Assembly: GCA_964522165.1 (NCBI GenBank)
Contig: CAZFVV010000007.1
Location: forward strand, 8,130-72,129
Length of the DNA stretch: 64,000 nt
Direction of reading: 5' to 3'
Source of the DNA: an uncultured Calditrichaceae bacterium
GTDB taxonomy: Bacteria > Calditrichota > Calditrichia > RBG-13-44-9 > J075
In this document: piece after piece, positions 1-9,833 of the stretch
Layout of the letters: every line of letters begins with the position of its first letter
How positions within the stretch are numbered: the stretch's first letter is position 1
Translations under genes and position numbers: made by a program
The notes under the pieces: generated by a model
What the model was told of the DNA's origin: nothing
Seen by the model: only the letters and a program-made list of their open reading frames with translations
The model's database searches: none

Positions 1-2
1 AA

Positions 3-1163
3 TTAGGGATTGCCGCCCACTGGCGTTACAAAGAAGGCGAGCGCAAAAAAGACGACATGGAAAAGCACCTGTCCTGGGTGCGGCAATTGCTGGAACAATA
101 CCAGGGCAACGAGGCCATGGACGCGCAGGATTTTCTGGATTCACTGAAAGTGAACCTCTATCAGCAGGAGGTATTCGTCTTTACGCCCCAGGGCGACGTG
201 ATCCGCCTTCCCCAGGGCGCGAATCCGGTGGACTTTGCTTTTGCGGTACATACCAACGTGGGCATGCACTGCATCGGGGCAAAAGTAAACGGAAAGATCG
301 TTCCCCTGAAATACTCCCTGAACAGCGGCGAGCAGGTCGAAATCATCACCAGCAACAACCAGCATCCCAACCAGGACTGGTTGACCTTTGTGAAAACCAG
401 CAAAGCCCGGCACCATGTCCGCAAATATCTCCGGGAAGTGCGTTTCGAGCACAGCCTGAAGTTGGGCGAAGAGATCCTCACCAAGTATTTTAACCGCTTT
501 AAAGAAAAACTGACCGACGAGAAACTCCAGGAAGCCGCCACCAAGCTCAATTTTGACGAGATCCGCAACCTGAAGGCCGCGGTGGGGCGGGGAGAGGTGT
601 CCATCGAGAAAATTCTCTCCGCCATCTCCGAAACCCATCCCAAAGAACAAAAAGAATCGCTCTTAAAGCGAATTTTGCAGCGCGATAAGAGCCATTCCGC
701 CATCCGGGTGCAGGGCATGGATAACATCATGGTGCACATCGGCAAGTGCTGCCAGCCGGTTCCCGGCGACAACATCATCGGTTACATCACCCGCGGCAAA
801 GGCGTGACCATTCACCGCACCACCTGCCCGAACATGCAGAGTTTGGTGGACAAGAACGATCGTACCGTGCCGGTGAACTGGACCGTGGAAGTAGAGGAAG
901 AGTTCAAGGTGCAGCTCTCCCTGCTCGGGGAGGACCGCCGCAATTTGATTCGCGACATTGCGCAGGTGATCTCCAATAATAACATCAATATCCTGAACAT
1001 GGACATCAAGTCGAAGGACAAACTGGCGATCGGCAAAATCGTTATCGAAGTAAAAAACCTGCCCCATCTTACCCGGGTGATAAACGCCGTTACCAAGGTG
1101 AAGGGAATTATCAGCGTGGAGCGGATAGAACCCGCTTCCCGGCGCAGGAGCAGGGGGAATTAG
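3..1163 (+). CDS. relA: (p)ppGpp synthetase/hydrolase, RelA/SpoT family, C-terminal part (5' end outside window)
   Basis: This frame is open from the window edge. It contains 'GIAAHWRYKEG', a TGS-like block (VFVFTPQGDVIRLPQGANPVDFAFAVHT) and an ACT-like C-terminus (LSLLGEDRRNLIRDIAQVIS). Confidence 0.9.
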   Translation, partial: LGIAAHWRYKEGERKKDDMEKHLSWVRQLLEQYQGNEAMDAQDFLDSLKVNLYQQEVFVFTPQGDVIRLPQGANPVDFAFAVHTNVGMHCIGAKVNGKIVPLKYSLNSGEQVEIITSNNQHPNQDWLTFVKTSKARHHVRKYLREVRFEHSLKLGEEILTKYFNRFKEKLTDEKLQEAATKLNFDEIRNLKAAVGRGEVSIEKILSAISETHPKEQKESLLKRILQRDKSHSAIRVQGMDNIMVHIGKCCQPVPGDNIIGYITRGKGVTIHRTTCPNMQSLVDKNDRTVPVNWTVEVEEEFKVQLSLLGEDRRNLIRDIAQVISNNNINILNMDIKSKDKLAIGKIVIEVKNLPHLTRVINAVTKVKGIISVERIEPASRRRSRGN

Positions 1164-1313
1164 GCGGGGGCAGTTGAACCGGTAAGGTTCCATCCCGACA
1201 AGTGAGCAGGGATGCGAACGTATTGTCGGGAGGGCAGGAGCAGTTAAGCCGGGAAGGCTTTGTGAGTTTCGCCTGAGGAAATCCAAATCAGCCAAGCATC
1301 GAACGGAGGCATC

Positions 1314-1796
1314 ATGTCAAAATATTTCTATATATCCAAAGAAGGGTTGGATAAACTGAAGCAGGAATTGGAAGAGCTGAAAACCGTCAAACGCCCGGAA
1401 CTTTCCCAAAAAATTTCCGAAGCCCGCGATTTCGGAGATTTGAAGGAGAACGCCGAGTACCACGCCGCCAAAGAGGCCCTGGGACTGTTAGAAACGAAAA
1501 TATCCCAGTTGGAAGAAACCGTGCGCCGGGCGCGGGTCATCGATCCCAAATCGATCAGCGGGGAGCACGTGGCGCTATATACCACGGTGCTGTTGAAGGA
1601 TCTGAACCGCGACCAGGAAGTTCAATACTCCCTGGTTTCCCAGGAAGAATCCAACTTCCAGGAAGCGAAAATATCCGTGGTCTCCCCCGTGGGCAAGGCG
1701 CTGTTAGGCAAAAAAGTGGGGGAAACCGTGGAGATCAAAGTTCCCGCCGGAACCATGAAGTATGAAATTTTAAACATCCAGGCGCTGAATTCATAA
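1314..1796 (+). CDS. greA: transcription elongation factor GreA
   Basis: 160 aa with an N-terminal coiled coil plus 'FGDLKENAEYHAAKE' and a C-terminal FKBP-like domain (VSPVGKALLGKKVGETVEIKVPAG). Confidence 0.95.
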   Translation: MSKYFYISKEGLDKLKQELEELKTVKRPELSQKISEARDFGDLKENAEYHAAKEALGLLETKISQLEETVRRARVIDPKSISGEHVALYTTVLLKDLNRDQEVQYSLVSQEESNFQEAKISVVSPVGKALLGKKVGETVEIKVPAGTMKYEILNIQALNS

Positions 1797-1855
1797 AGCG
1801 TGAAACCCGCCAACGGGATTTTCCGTGTTGCTAAACAGTTATTCGAGGGAAAAAT

Positions 1856-2533
1856 ATGGCAGAGGAAATGAAAGAACGCCCCAGGTTCTATCGCTCCCGC
1901 AGCGACCGCTATTTGGGAGGAGTGTGCGGCGGCATCGCGGCATATTTCCAGATAGACAGCAATATGGCCCGGCTCTTGTTCGTGATTGCGTCCTTCTTTT
2001 GGGGAACCGGTCTCATTATCTATCTCGCCGCGCTGGTACTGGTGCCGGAAAATCCCGATGAATCCGCCGAACCCGGCGAAAGAACCATCGATAACACTTT
2101 ATTTATAGGGATTATCTTTATCTTCTTCGGCGTATTGTTGCTCTCCTGGCAATTTGACCTGTTTCGTTTTTTTTCGGTTCTCGACCTGCCCTGGACGACT
2201 ATCTGGGCGATCTTTTTGATTTCCATCGGAGGTTTGATTCTGTTTGCGCAATGGCAGCAGCAAACCAACGCGGAAACAGGAGGGGCGGAGAGCGGCAGGG
2301 AAAGCGGGGAGCAGGACAAATCCGGCCTGCGCGGGTTGGATATTCACCGCTCCCGGTCCGACCGTAAGATTGGCGGGATATGCGGCGGGTTGGCGAATCA
2401 TTTCAATATCGATTCCTCCATCGTGCGCCTGGGCTGGGTTTTGCTGACGGTGCTCTCCAAGGGCCTGGGGGTGTTGATTTATATTGCACTGATGTTCGTA
2501 TTGCCGGAAGAATCCGGCGAGCAGGTGGTTTGA
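1856..2533 (+). CDS. PspC-domain membrane protein (two PspC segments)
   Basis: Two copies of the PspC signature (RSRSDRYLGGVCGGIAAYFQID; RSRSDRKIGGICGGLANHFNID) are separated by TM helices. Confidence 0.85.
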   Translation: MAEEMKERPRFYRSRSDRYLGGVCGGIAAYFQIDSNMARLLFVIASFFWGTGLIIYLAALVLVPENPDESAEPGERTIDNTLFIGIIFIFFGVLLLSWQFDLFRFFSVLDLPWTTIWAIFLISIGGLILFAQWQQQTNAETGGAESGRESGEQDKSGLRGLDIHRSRSDRKIGGICGGLANHFNIDSSIVRLGWVLLTVLSKGLGVLIYIALMFVLPEESGEQVV

Positions 2534-2538
2534 GGGTT

Positions 2539-3066
2539 ATGAATTCAAAGCGTTCGGTAGTTACAGGGTTTATTTTGATCGCGATCGGGCTGGCGATTTT
2601 GCTACGGCCTTATTACGACCTGAATATCTACCTGCTGCGCAGCTATGGGCTGGTAATTCTCGGCCTGTTCGGTTTGTGGCGGGCTGTTAACCGCTCCCCC
2701 CGCGGGGGACTTTACCTGTTCTCGTTTTTGATGCTGATCGGGCTGTATTACCTTTTCGCCGAATGGCAATTCTACCGGATTCACCGCGGGCTGACCCTCT
2801 CGGCGTTTACCATTGCGGCGGGACTGGCGTTCTATCCCCTGTACCTCTGGGGAAGCCGCAAATGGAATTACCTGCTCTTCGGAAACTTGATCCTGCTGGT
2901 CGGGCTGCTGTTCCTGGGGTATTACCTGGAAATGATCCCCACGGATCTTTTTTTTGCCATGTTAGAGGACTACTGGCCGGCGGGGCTGATCGTGATTGGC
3001 ATTGCCTACCTCATTCGCACCCTTTTCCCCCGGGATCGCCAACCGCTATCGCCCGACTCGCAGTAA
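2539..3066 (+). CDS. polytopic membrane protein of unknown function (LiaF-TM-like context)
   Basis: ATG at 2539 lies 5 nt after the PspC stop (MNSKRSVVTGFILIAIGLAILL...), followed by several hydrophobic helices. The upstream part of track ORF 2380.. overlaps the previous gene and was discarded. Confidence 0.6.
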   Translation: MNSKRSVVTGFILIAIGLAILLRPYYDLNIYLLRSYGLVILGLFGLWRAVNRSPRGGLYLFSFLMLIGLYYLFAEWQFYRIHRGLTLSAFTIAAGLAFYPLYLWGSRKWNYLLFGNLILLVGLLFLGYYLEMIPTDLFFAMLEDYWPAGLIVIGIAYLIRTLFPRDRQPLSPDSQ

Positions 3067-3090
3067 TCACCAATGGGCTAATCTTATACT

Positions 3091-3347
3091 CGTTAAGGTG
3101 TCTTATAACGTGGTCTTTAACAACTTATGGGTTGCAAACCCATACGTGGTTACAGAGTTCGTTTCCGAAGCTCCCCTCCCAGGAGGGGTCGGGGGTGGGT
3201 TGTGTGGTGCACAGACTGGCTCGGCTCCAGGAATTCTCTCCGCGGTGTGCCCCCTGGCCCACCCCTTAATCCCCTGCCAGGAGGGGAAGGGGAGTCGCCG
3301 CTACTTGATACTCGCCAAAATTGTCAGAGACCAGGTGATAAGACAGG
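3091..3347. repeat. composite palindromic element: ~34-bp terminal inverted repeats enclosing G/C-rich 'CCAGGAGGGG' modules
   Basis: 3091-3124 (cgttaaggtgtcttataacgtggtctttaacaac) is the imperfect reverse complement of 3317-3347 (aaaattgtcagagaccaggtgataagacagg). The same arm motif recurs at 22605-22759 and 33741-33777. The inner part, 3170-3295, carries two 'ccaggagggg' modules. Confidence 0.75.
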
Positions 3348-3538
3348 ATATTGGGAAACGGGGATGACCGTTGGCAAATTAATGTATCAACCTTTACGAA
3401 ATAAAGATAAGAGGCCGCCAGGGAAGGCGACGTTTTGAAAATTCTTCCCGCTGCGGGAAGAATCTTGCGCCGGGAAAGGAAATCCATTGCAACAGGCAGT
3501 TTCCGGGTTTAATTTAGGCCAAAATTGTCGAGGACACT

Positions 3539-4684
3539 TTGGAAAACTTTGGGCTGCATGACAAAATCGAAATTTACAACCGCGAATTCCACATTCACAC
3601 CGGGGCGCTGATCGAGCACCGCAAAATCATTTCGGAAGTGTTCGAAAAAGGGATGTTCCTGATCTCCCGGGAGCACCCGGTGGACCTGCGCCGCGAGGTT
3701 CCGCAGGTGGACTATGACTTTTTGAACGCCATCACCGAAAAATTCCATCAAAGCGTCATCGCGGAGCTGGAGGCGGTTTACCAGATCGAAGCGAAACTCA
3801 AACGCTACCGCCATCCCAAATCCCACTACTACCTCGGCATCCTGTTCCTCAAGAAAAATCTCTACCCCGAGGCGATCAGCCAGTTCAAGACTGCCCTGGA
3901 GCAGGACGGCAATTTTATGAAAGCTTATATGGGATTGGGAGTCAGCTACCTGAAATCCCGCAAATTCATTCCCGCCCTGAAGGTTTTCCAAAAGGCCATG
4001 AGCACCAACGAGAAGTATCCCGATTTTCTGAACTACTACGGGCTGGCCTACCTGTTCCTGGATGACTTCGACCATTCCATTTCGATGTTCAAAGAAGCGA
4101 TCCGGCTCAATCCCAATTACGTGGAAGCGCAGTTCAACTTAGGGGTTTCGCTGTATAAATCCGCCCTGCAGGGGGCTAAAGACCCGGAAGCGGTGGCGGT
4201 GCCGGCGCGGGTATCCATTTACCTGAAGCAGGTGCGGGATATTCCCAAGTACCGCATTCCCCACTGGCAGAAAGAGTTCAACCAGTTGCTGGAACTGCTC
4301 AAAGACAACAATCACAAAATGATCCTGCCGCAGTTGGAGCAATTCCAGTTGCGGCTGGTGGACGTGCTCTCCGACCGGGAGAAGATCTACGAATTCTACC
4401 TGCGCTTTTTATTCGGCGGAAAAGAGCTGAGCTTGGAAACCATCGAAAAATACGAGCAGTATTTCTTCTCCAGCAGCGATGACCATACCCACTACCCGGA
4501 TTACTGGAACGACCTGGGCACTTTCCACTTGATCAAAAGCCGCGGTCTTTATCTCAAAGCGATGGCCGACTTCGAGAAAGCCATCGCCTTAGCGCCCACG
4601 TTCGAAGACGCCCAGCACAACCTGAAAATGGTGAAGAGCCACGATAAGGGCTTTTTGATCCTGCTGCGGGCGATTTTGAAATAA
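3539..4684 (+). CDS. tetratricopeptide-repeat protein
   Basis: 381 aa with a TTG start and several TPR-like units (e.g. HYYLGILFLKKNLYPEAISQFKTALEQDGNFMKAYMGLGVSY). It lies directly upstream of the sigma-54 activator gene. Confidence 0.7.
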   Translation: MENFGLHDKIEIYNREFHIHTGALIEHRKIISEVFEKGMFLISREHPVDLRREVPQVDYDFLNAITEKFHQSVIAELEAVYQIEAKLKRYRHPKSHYYLGILFLKKNLYPEAISQFKTALEQDGNFMKAYMGLGVSYLKSRKFIPALKVFQKAMSTNEKYPDFLNYYGLAYLFLDDFDHSISMFKEAIRLNPNYVEAQFNLGVSLYKSALQGAKDPEAVAVPARVSIYLKQVRDIPKYRIPHWQKEFNQLLELLKDNNHKMILPQLEQFQLRLVDVLSDREKIYEFYLRFLFGGKELSLETIEKYEQYFFSSSDDHTHYPDYWNDLGTFHLIKSRGLYLKAMADFEKAIALAPTFEDAQHNLKMVKSHDKGFLILLRAILK

Positions 4685-4732
4685 CCAGTCGGGACCTCGC
4701 CGCACCGTCCCCGAATACTGTTGTAATCCCCC

Positions 4733-6112
4733 ATGGCCAACATCCTCATCGTCGATAACGAAGAAAAATTCTGCAAAGTGCTGAAAGCCTCCCTGGCCCT
4801 GGAAGGGCTGGCGGTGGAATACCGCACCTCCGGCCGTGCCGCCCTGCAATACCTGCAAGAAAACCCCGGCGCCGTGGAAGTGCTGGTCACGGACCTGCGC
4901 ATGGAGGGAATCGACGGCCTGCAAGTGCTGGAACAGGCCAAATCCCTCCACCCCGCCACGGAAGTGATCATTATGACTGCCTATGCCACCCAGAAAACCG
5001 CGGTGGAAGCGCTGAAAAAGGGCGCTTATGATTACCTGATCAAACCCTTCGAGATGGAGGAATTGAGCCTGCGCATTCGCCGCATCCTGGAGCAGCGCCG
5101 CATCCGGGAGGAGAACCGGCGCCTGCGGCAAACCCGCCTGCACAGCGGCGAATACCCGGACGAGCCGTTATTTTTCCCAAACATCATCGGCAAGAGTAAA
5201 AAGATGCAGGAAATTTACCGGTTAATCAAAAAAAGCAGCGAGAATGACGCCACGGTGCTGATCCGGGGAGAGAGTGGAACCGGCAAAGAGCTGGTCGCCC
5301 AGGCCATCCACGAGAGCAGCCCCCGGGCCGGAAAACCCTTTGTGGCGGTCAATTGCGCGGCGCTGCCGGAAAACCTCCTGGAAAGCGAGCTGTTCGGGTA
5401 CGAAAAAGGCGCATTTACCGGGGCGACCCAGCGGCGGATCGGCAAGTTCGAGCAGGCCGGCGGGGGGAGCATTTTCCTGGATGAGATCGGCGACATGAGC
5501 CTGGCCACCCAGGCCAAGCTGCTGCGGGCGCTGCAAAACAAAGAAATCTACCGCTTAGGCGGCAATCACAAGATTATCGTGGACGTGCGCATCATCGCCG
5601 CCACCCACCAGAACTTGGAAGCGATGGCAGAAGAAGGGCGTTTTCGCAATGATCTCTATTACCGCCTGAACGTGTTTCCCCTTACCCTGCCGCCCCTGCG
5701 GGAGCGCAAGGAAGACATTCCCGCCCTGGCGCACCATTTTGTGCAGCATTCCGCCGCCAAGAGCATCGACCGCCCGGCCCTGGCGCTGCTGATGGAGTAC
5801 CACTGGCCCGGCAACGTGCGGGAACTGCAAAACGCCCTGGAACGGGCGGCGATTGTTTGCAACGATTATCTGATCCGGGTGGAAGATCTTCCCGCGGCCA
5901 TCCGGCAGGCAAATCCGTCCGGCGGGGGATTCGAGCTTCCCGAGGAAGGGATTCACTGGGATGAATTCGAGAAGAGCCTGGTGCTCCAGGCGCTGCAAAA
6001 GGCGGGCAACAATAAAACCCGCGCCGCGGATCTCCTGGGAGTTACCCGCCGCCGGCTCTATTCCATGATGGAACGGTTCAATATTACGGAGCCGGGTACA
6101 CCTGGCGGGTAA
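4733..6112 (+). CDS. sigma-54-dependent response regulator (NtrC family: REC-AAA+-Fis HTH)
   Basis: Receiver domain (ILIVDNE...VTDLRMEGIDG), Walker A GESGTGKE, GAFTGA-type loop (EKGAFTGA), and a C-terminal HTH (NKTRAADLLGVTRRRLYSMM). Confidence 0.93.
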   Translation: MANILIVDNEEKFCKVLKASLALEGLAVEYRTSGRAALQYLQENPGAVEVLVTDLRMEGIDGLQVLEQAKSLHPATEVIIMTAYATQKTAVEALKKGAYDYLIKPFEMEELSLRIRRILEQRRIREENRRLRQTRLHSGEYPDEPLFFPNIIGKSKKMQEIYRLIKKSSENDATVLIRGESGTGKELVAQAIHESSPRAGKPFVAVNCAALPENLLESELFGYEKGAFTGATQRRIGKFEQAGGGSIFLDEIGDMSLATQAKLLRALQNKEIYRLGGNHKIIVDVRIIAATHQNLEAMAEEGRFRNDLYYRLNVFPLTLPPLRERKEDIPALAHHFVQHSAAKSIDRPALALLMEYHWPGNVRELQNALERAAIVCNDYLIRVEDLPAAIRQANPSGGGFELPEEGIHWDEFEKSLVLQALQKAGNNKTRAADLLGVTRRRLYSMMERFNITEPGTPGG

Positions 6113-7547
6113 ATTCTTTCCCGGAGGAGAGCCAGGCGTTCCGGTCCGCATCTCCGTTGCGCATGGCTTCGTTTTTCAGGCGCTCCGCCTCTTCCCTGGG
6201 GTAGTATCCCAGGGTAATAGCAAAATGTTGTTTGGCAGTCTGGTACACTTTGGCGTCGTATTTCTTCTGCCCCAGCGCCTGGGCTATTTTTACCGCCTCT
6301 TCCTCCGAATTGCTCTCCCGCGCAACAATAAAAAAACTTCCCCCGAAAGCCGTCGCAGCCGTATCCGGGGCGGTTTTCTGCTCCGCGGTCTGGCCGTTTT
6401 TCTGCGGGCTTTCCGATGACGGTTCGCCGGAGGGGGAAACGGTATAACGGCGCTGGTTTTCGGAACTGTAAATTCTTTCCCGGAACAGTTTTTCGCCGGA
6501 GAGGGTTGCGGTCTCCTTCAAAATGCCCTTTTGCAGCGCTTCATCGCGGATTTGGCGGGCTTTTTCGGGCGAATAGGGTCCCAGGACGGTGACATAATTT
6601 CCATTGCTGGTCCAATACGCTTCCGAGGAATAACCTTTATCGAACAGGCCTTCCGCCTGGCGGACCGCCTCGTCCATGCTGTTGCTGTACCCGGCGAGCA
6701 CATAGGTGCGGTTTCCATCGCCTTGGTATTTCATGGTAGTCGCCGGGAGGCTTTGAGGGGGCGCTGCAGGAGTTAGCGCGGAGCTGTCCCCGGTTACCGG
6801 GAAAGCGCCCTGCGACTGCGAAGAGGGGGCGCCGGAGGGATAAATCTTTTCTCTTAAAGCCGCGCCGGAGGAGAGGTACGCATCGCTGCGAACGATTCCT
6901 TTCTGCACCGCCTCGTCTTTGAGCCGGGCGGCCTGTTCCCGGGGATAGCGCCCCAAACTTACGATATAAAACTGGTTGGAAGACAGGAAAACTTCCCCGG
7001 GATACCCTTGTTGCCGGTAGGAATCGGCCAGTTGGATGGCGCTTTCCCGGGATTTGCCGGAAGAGACGATAATGTACACCCCGTTTCCGGCCGCGGGCGG
7101 GGGAAGCGAGGTCAGCAATTCCGCCTCTGCTTCCGGCTCTGGCGGCCGGGGAAAGATTCGTCCCTCGAAATCTTCCCCGGTGGAAATGTACGCATAGTTG
7201 AATTCCAGGCCGGCTTTGACGACCTTTTCTTTGAGCTTTTTCGCTTTTTTGTAGGGAACCCGCCCCGCCGTCACCACATATTTGTTCAGCGGAACCTGAT
7301 GCACTTCGCAGGGGAAACCCTTCTCCTGGAGAAATTCCGCCTTTTGCAGCGCCTCTTTGCGATTGTGCGCGGTATAGGCCACAACATAGACCGAATCCTG
7401 CGGGGCCGCGGCCAAAATGCTCCCCGACCCGGCCAACAACAGGATGATGAGCAACCCCAAAATTCTTTTGAAATGTCGCAGGTATTGTTCCAACCAGACC
7501 GTCTCGTTGAAGGTGAACGCGTTATTGCCCTCCCGGAAAATGTTCAA
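6084..7547 (-). CDS. membrane-anchored protein with four SPOR (peptidoglycan-binding) domains
   Basis: N-terminal TM followed by four ~80-aa repeats of the SPOR pattern (YVVAYTAHNRKEALQKAEFLQEKGF...; YIIVSSGKSRESAIQLADSYRQQGY...; YVLAGYSNSMDEAVRQAEGLFDKGY...; FFIVARESNSEEEAVKIAQALGQKKY...). The 3' end overlaps the convergent NtrC-family gene by 29 nt. Confidence 0.8.
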   Translation of the reverse strand: MNIFREGNNAFTFNETVWLEQYLRHFKRILGLLIILLLAGSGSILAAAPQDSVYVVAYTAHNRKEALQKAEFLQEKGFPCEVHQVPLNKYVVTAGRVPYKKAKKLKEKVVKAGLEFNYAYISTGEDFEGRIFPRPPEPEAEAELLTSLPPPAAGNGVYIIVSSGKSRESAIQLADSYRQQGYPGEVFLSSNQFYIVSLGRYPREQAARLKDEAVQKGIVRSDAYLSSGAALREKIYPSGAPSSQSQGAFPVTGDSSALTPAAPPQSLPATTMKYQGDGNRTYVLAGYSNSMDEAVRQAEGLFDKGYSSEAYWTSNGNYVTVLGPYSPEKARQIRDEALQKGILKETATLSGEKLFRERIYSSENQRRYTVSPSGEPSSESPQKNGQTAEQKTAPDTAATAFGGSFFIVARESNSEEEAVKIAQALGQKKYDAKVYQTAKQHFAITLGYYPREEAERLKNEAMRNGDADRNAWLSSGKEFTRQVYPAP

Positions 7548-7823
7548 ACTTAAGGTTTCTGCCGCGGAGATGCAATTTTTTCTTCAAGCCGGGCCGATCA
7601 GCGCCAAACGACGGGCCCGATGTTCCGCACGCCTTTCACAGTCTCATTTTCCCGGTGAAAATTTTATTCGTAATATTGAACCCCTGTCTGTATATTTCTC
7701 GAGCGGGTGAGGTCAAGAGCGTCAGGGTGATTATCTGGCATTGGAAATTCTCATAATGTCACGTGATTGGACACCCATAGAGCCTTAATGACGAAAGCAA
7801 TCCCTTGAGAAAGGAGGGCTGCT

Positions 7824-8990
7824 TTGGCGAGATTCTGCGGCGTTTGGGGCGCCATTCTGTTACTGGCGGGGATAAATGCGGCAGCGGCGCAAGATTCCCT
7901 CAAGATCATTACCTATAACTTGCAGGGGATGAAGCCCGGCACGGATCCCCAGGAGCGCCTGTTCCATACTATTCAATATCTGAAAATACTGAACCCGGAC
8001 ATCATCGGGTTACAGGAGATCAATGAAACGCTCACCGGCGGGGGCGTTGATAACCAGGCCCGGGTCATTGCGGATTCGCTGGGCGCTTATTTTGGCGTTA
8101 CCTACCACTATTATATCAGTTATACGCACCTGTCCTGGAACAACCAGTTCAAAGAGTATATCGGGATTATCAGCAAGCACCCGGTTGAACAGAGCGGATT
8201 TCAGCAACTGGTTCCGGGAGTATTTCCCCGGAAGGTGGTATGGAATCACATCAATACCCCCCTGGGGAAGATCAATTTTTTTAATACTCACCTGGATTTC
8301 AACAGCACGGCCACGCGGGTTCAACAAGTTCAGCAGGTCATGGGATACGTTGACCAGACCGAAAACGCCGTTCCGGCGCTGGCGTCCGTTCTGACCGGCG
8401 ATTTTAACGATACCCCGGGGTCGCAGCCCATTCTGTTGCTGACTGCTACCGGCACGGACACGTTTTTTATCGATACCTATTACGCCGCGAATCCGGCGTT
8501 GCCGGGGTACACCGTTCCCGCCCAGGCGCCCTCTTCAAGAATCGATTACATTTTTTACAAGAATACCGGGCAACTTATGATCGATACCTCTCGGGTGATC
8601 ATGAACCAGCCTTATAACGGAACCAATTATTGCTCCGACCACCTGGGCGTGATGACCCTTTTCAGCGCCGGCGGCAGCGGAACCGGTTCCGGCGGCAGCC
8701 CTGTCGCCCCGGGCGGTTTCGAATTATATCAAAATTACCCCAATCCTTTCAACCCCGCCACCACGATCCCCTACTACCTGCCGCGAAGAGGAGAAGTCGC
8801 CTTGCGCATCTACAACAGCGTGGGAAGAAATATCAGAACGCTGGTTTACGAAATTCAAAGCGCGGGATTCAAAACCGCGATTTGGGACGGAAAAGATGAT
8901 ACATCTTCGGCGGTTGCCAGCGGCATCTATTTCTATCAACTGAAGACCGGCGAGTTTACCCAAACCCGCAAGCTTTTGCTGCTGAAGTGA
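7824..8990 (+). CDS. secreted endonuclease/exonuclease/phosphatase (EEP) family protein with T9SS C-terminal sorting domain
   Basis: TTG start preceded by AAGGAGGG. It has a signal peptide, EEP motifs (ITYNLQGM, GLQEINE, GDFNDTP, SDHLGV) and the C-terminal sorting sequence 'FELYQNYPNPFNPATTIPYYLP...KLLLLK'. Confidence 0.85.
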   Translation: MARFCGVWGAILLLAGINAAAAQDSLKIITYNLQGMKPGTDPQERLFHTIQYLKILNPDIIGLQEINETLTGGGVDNQARVIADSLGAYFGVTYHYYISYTHLSWNNQFKEYIGIISKHPVEQSGFQQLVPGVFPRKVVWNHINTPLGKINFFNTHLDFNSTATRVQQVQQVMGYVDQTENAVPALASVLTGDFNDTPGSQPILLLTATGTDTFFIDTYYAANPALPGYTVPAQAPSSRIDYIFYKNTGQLMIDTSRVIMNQPYNGTNYCSDHLGVMTLFSAGGSGTGSGGSPVAPGGFELYQNYPNPFNPATTIPYYLPRRGEVALRIYNSVGRNIRTLVYEIQSAGFKTAIWDGKDDTSSAVASGIYFYQLKTGEFTQTRKLLLLK

Positions 8991-9053
8991 GCGATCGGCT
9001 TCGATCAAAAATGACGGAATTAACCTCGAGCAGCTTCTAAACGCGGAGATGGA

Positions 9054-9800
9054 ATGGCTGTTGGAAAATCTCCATTAATGATCGCCCATCGCGGGGAACG
9101 AATCCTGGCGCCGGAAAACACCATTGCCGCGGGGCGGCTGGCGCTGGAGCAAGGCGCCACCGCCCTGGAAGTGGACGTGCGGATGTGCCGCTCCGGGACG
9201 CCGGTGCTCTTCCATGACGCTTATCTATGGAAGCACTTCAAGAAGTCGAAGGCGGTGGCCTTGTGTAGCGTAGAAGAATTGAAAGCTCTCGCGTTCCGGC
9301 AAAATCACTACCAGCGCCCGGATCGCATCTGCACTTTGGAAGAATTTTTAGAAGAATTCAAGAATACCGTTCCGCTCAACCTGGACGCCAAATCCCTGGC
9401 GCCCAATCCCCACCACTTCGCCGAGCGCCTGGTGGAGCTGCTGCGGCGGATGAATATTCGCCCGCAGGTATGGATTTCCTCTTTCAATCCCTACTTGCTG
9501 CGAAAAATCAAAAAGATCGACCGGAACATTCGCACCGGGTATTTATTCCAGAATCCCCCGCAATTGCACAAACTGATCGACATTTTTCTCTCTACCGACG
9601 CCTGGCATCCGCATTACAAGAACGTGACCGACCGGCTGGTCGAAAAAGCCCGCAAGATGAAGAAGGAGATTTATATCTGGACCGTCAACGAGGAGTCGAT
9701 CCTCCAGCGCATCCAGAAATATGATTACCAGGGGATTATCACCGACCGGTTTTTTCGGAATTCCGTTCCTCATTCCGACGCCAGCGAGCACCCGGAATAA
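9054..9800 (+). CDS. glycerophosphodiester phosphodiesterase family protein
   Basis: 'IAHRGERILAPENTIAAGRLALEQGATALEVDVRM' is the GDPD N-terminal signature. 248 aa. Confidence 0.85.
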   Translation: MAVGKSPLMIAHRGERILAPENTIAAGRLALEQGATALEVDVRMCRSGTPVLFHDAYLWKHFKKSKAVALCSVEELKALAFRQNHYQRPDRICTLEEFLEEFKNTVPLNLDAKSLAPNPHHFAERLVELLRRMNIRPQVWISSFNPYLLRKIKKIDRNIRTGYLFQNPPQLHKLIDIFLSTDAWHPHYKNVTDRLVEKARKMKKEIYIWTVNEESILQRIQKYDYQGIITDRFFRNSVPHSDASEHPE

Positions 9801-9833
9801 TGCCGCCATTTCCCCTAATTCATGGAGTAAACC

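Noticed and set aside
3441-3463. Perfect 10-bp stem / 3-nt loop hairpin (attcttcccg-ctg-cgggaagaat) considered as a terminator.
   Set aside because: No T-run follows on either strand, and it lies more than 370 nt after the nearest upstream stop. It is recorded only as a structure of unknown role.
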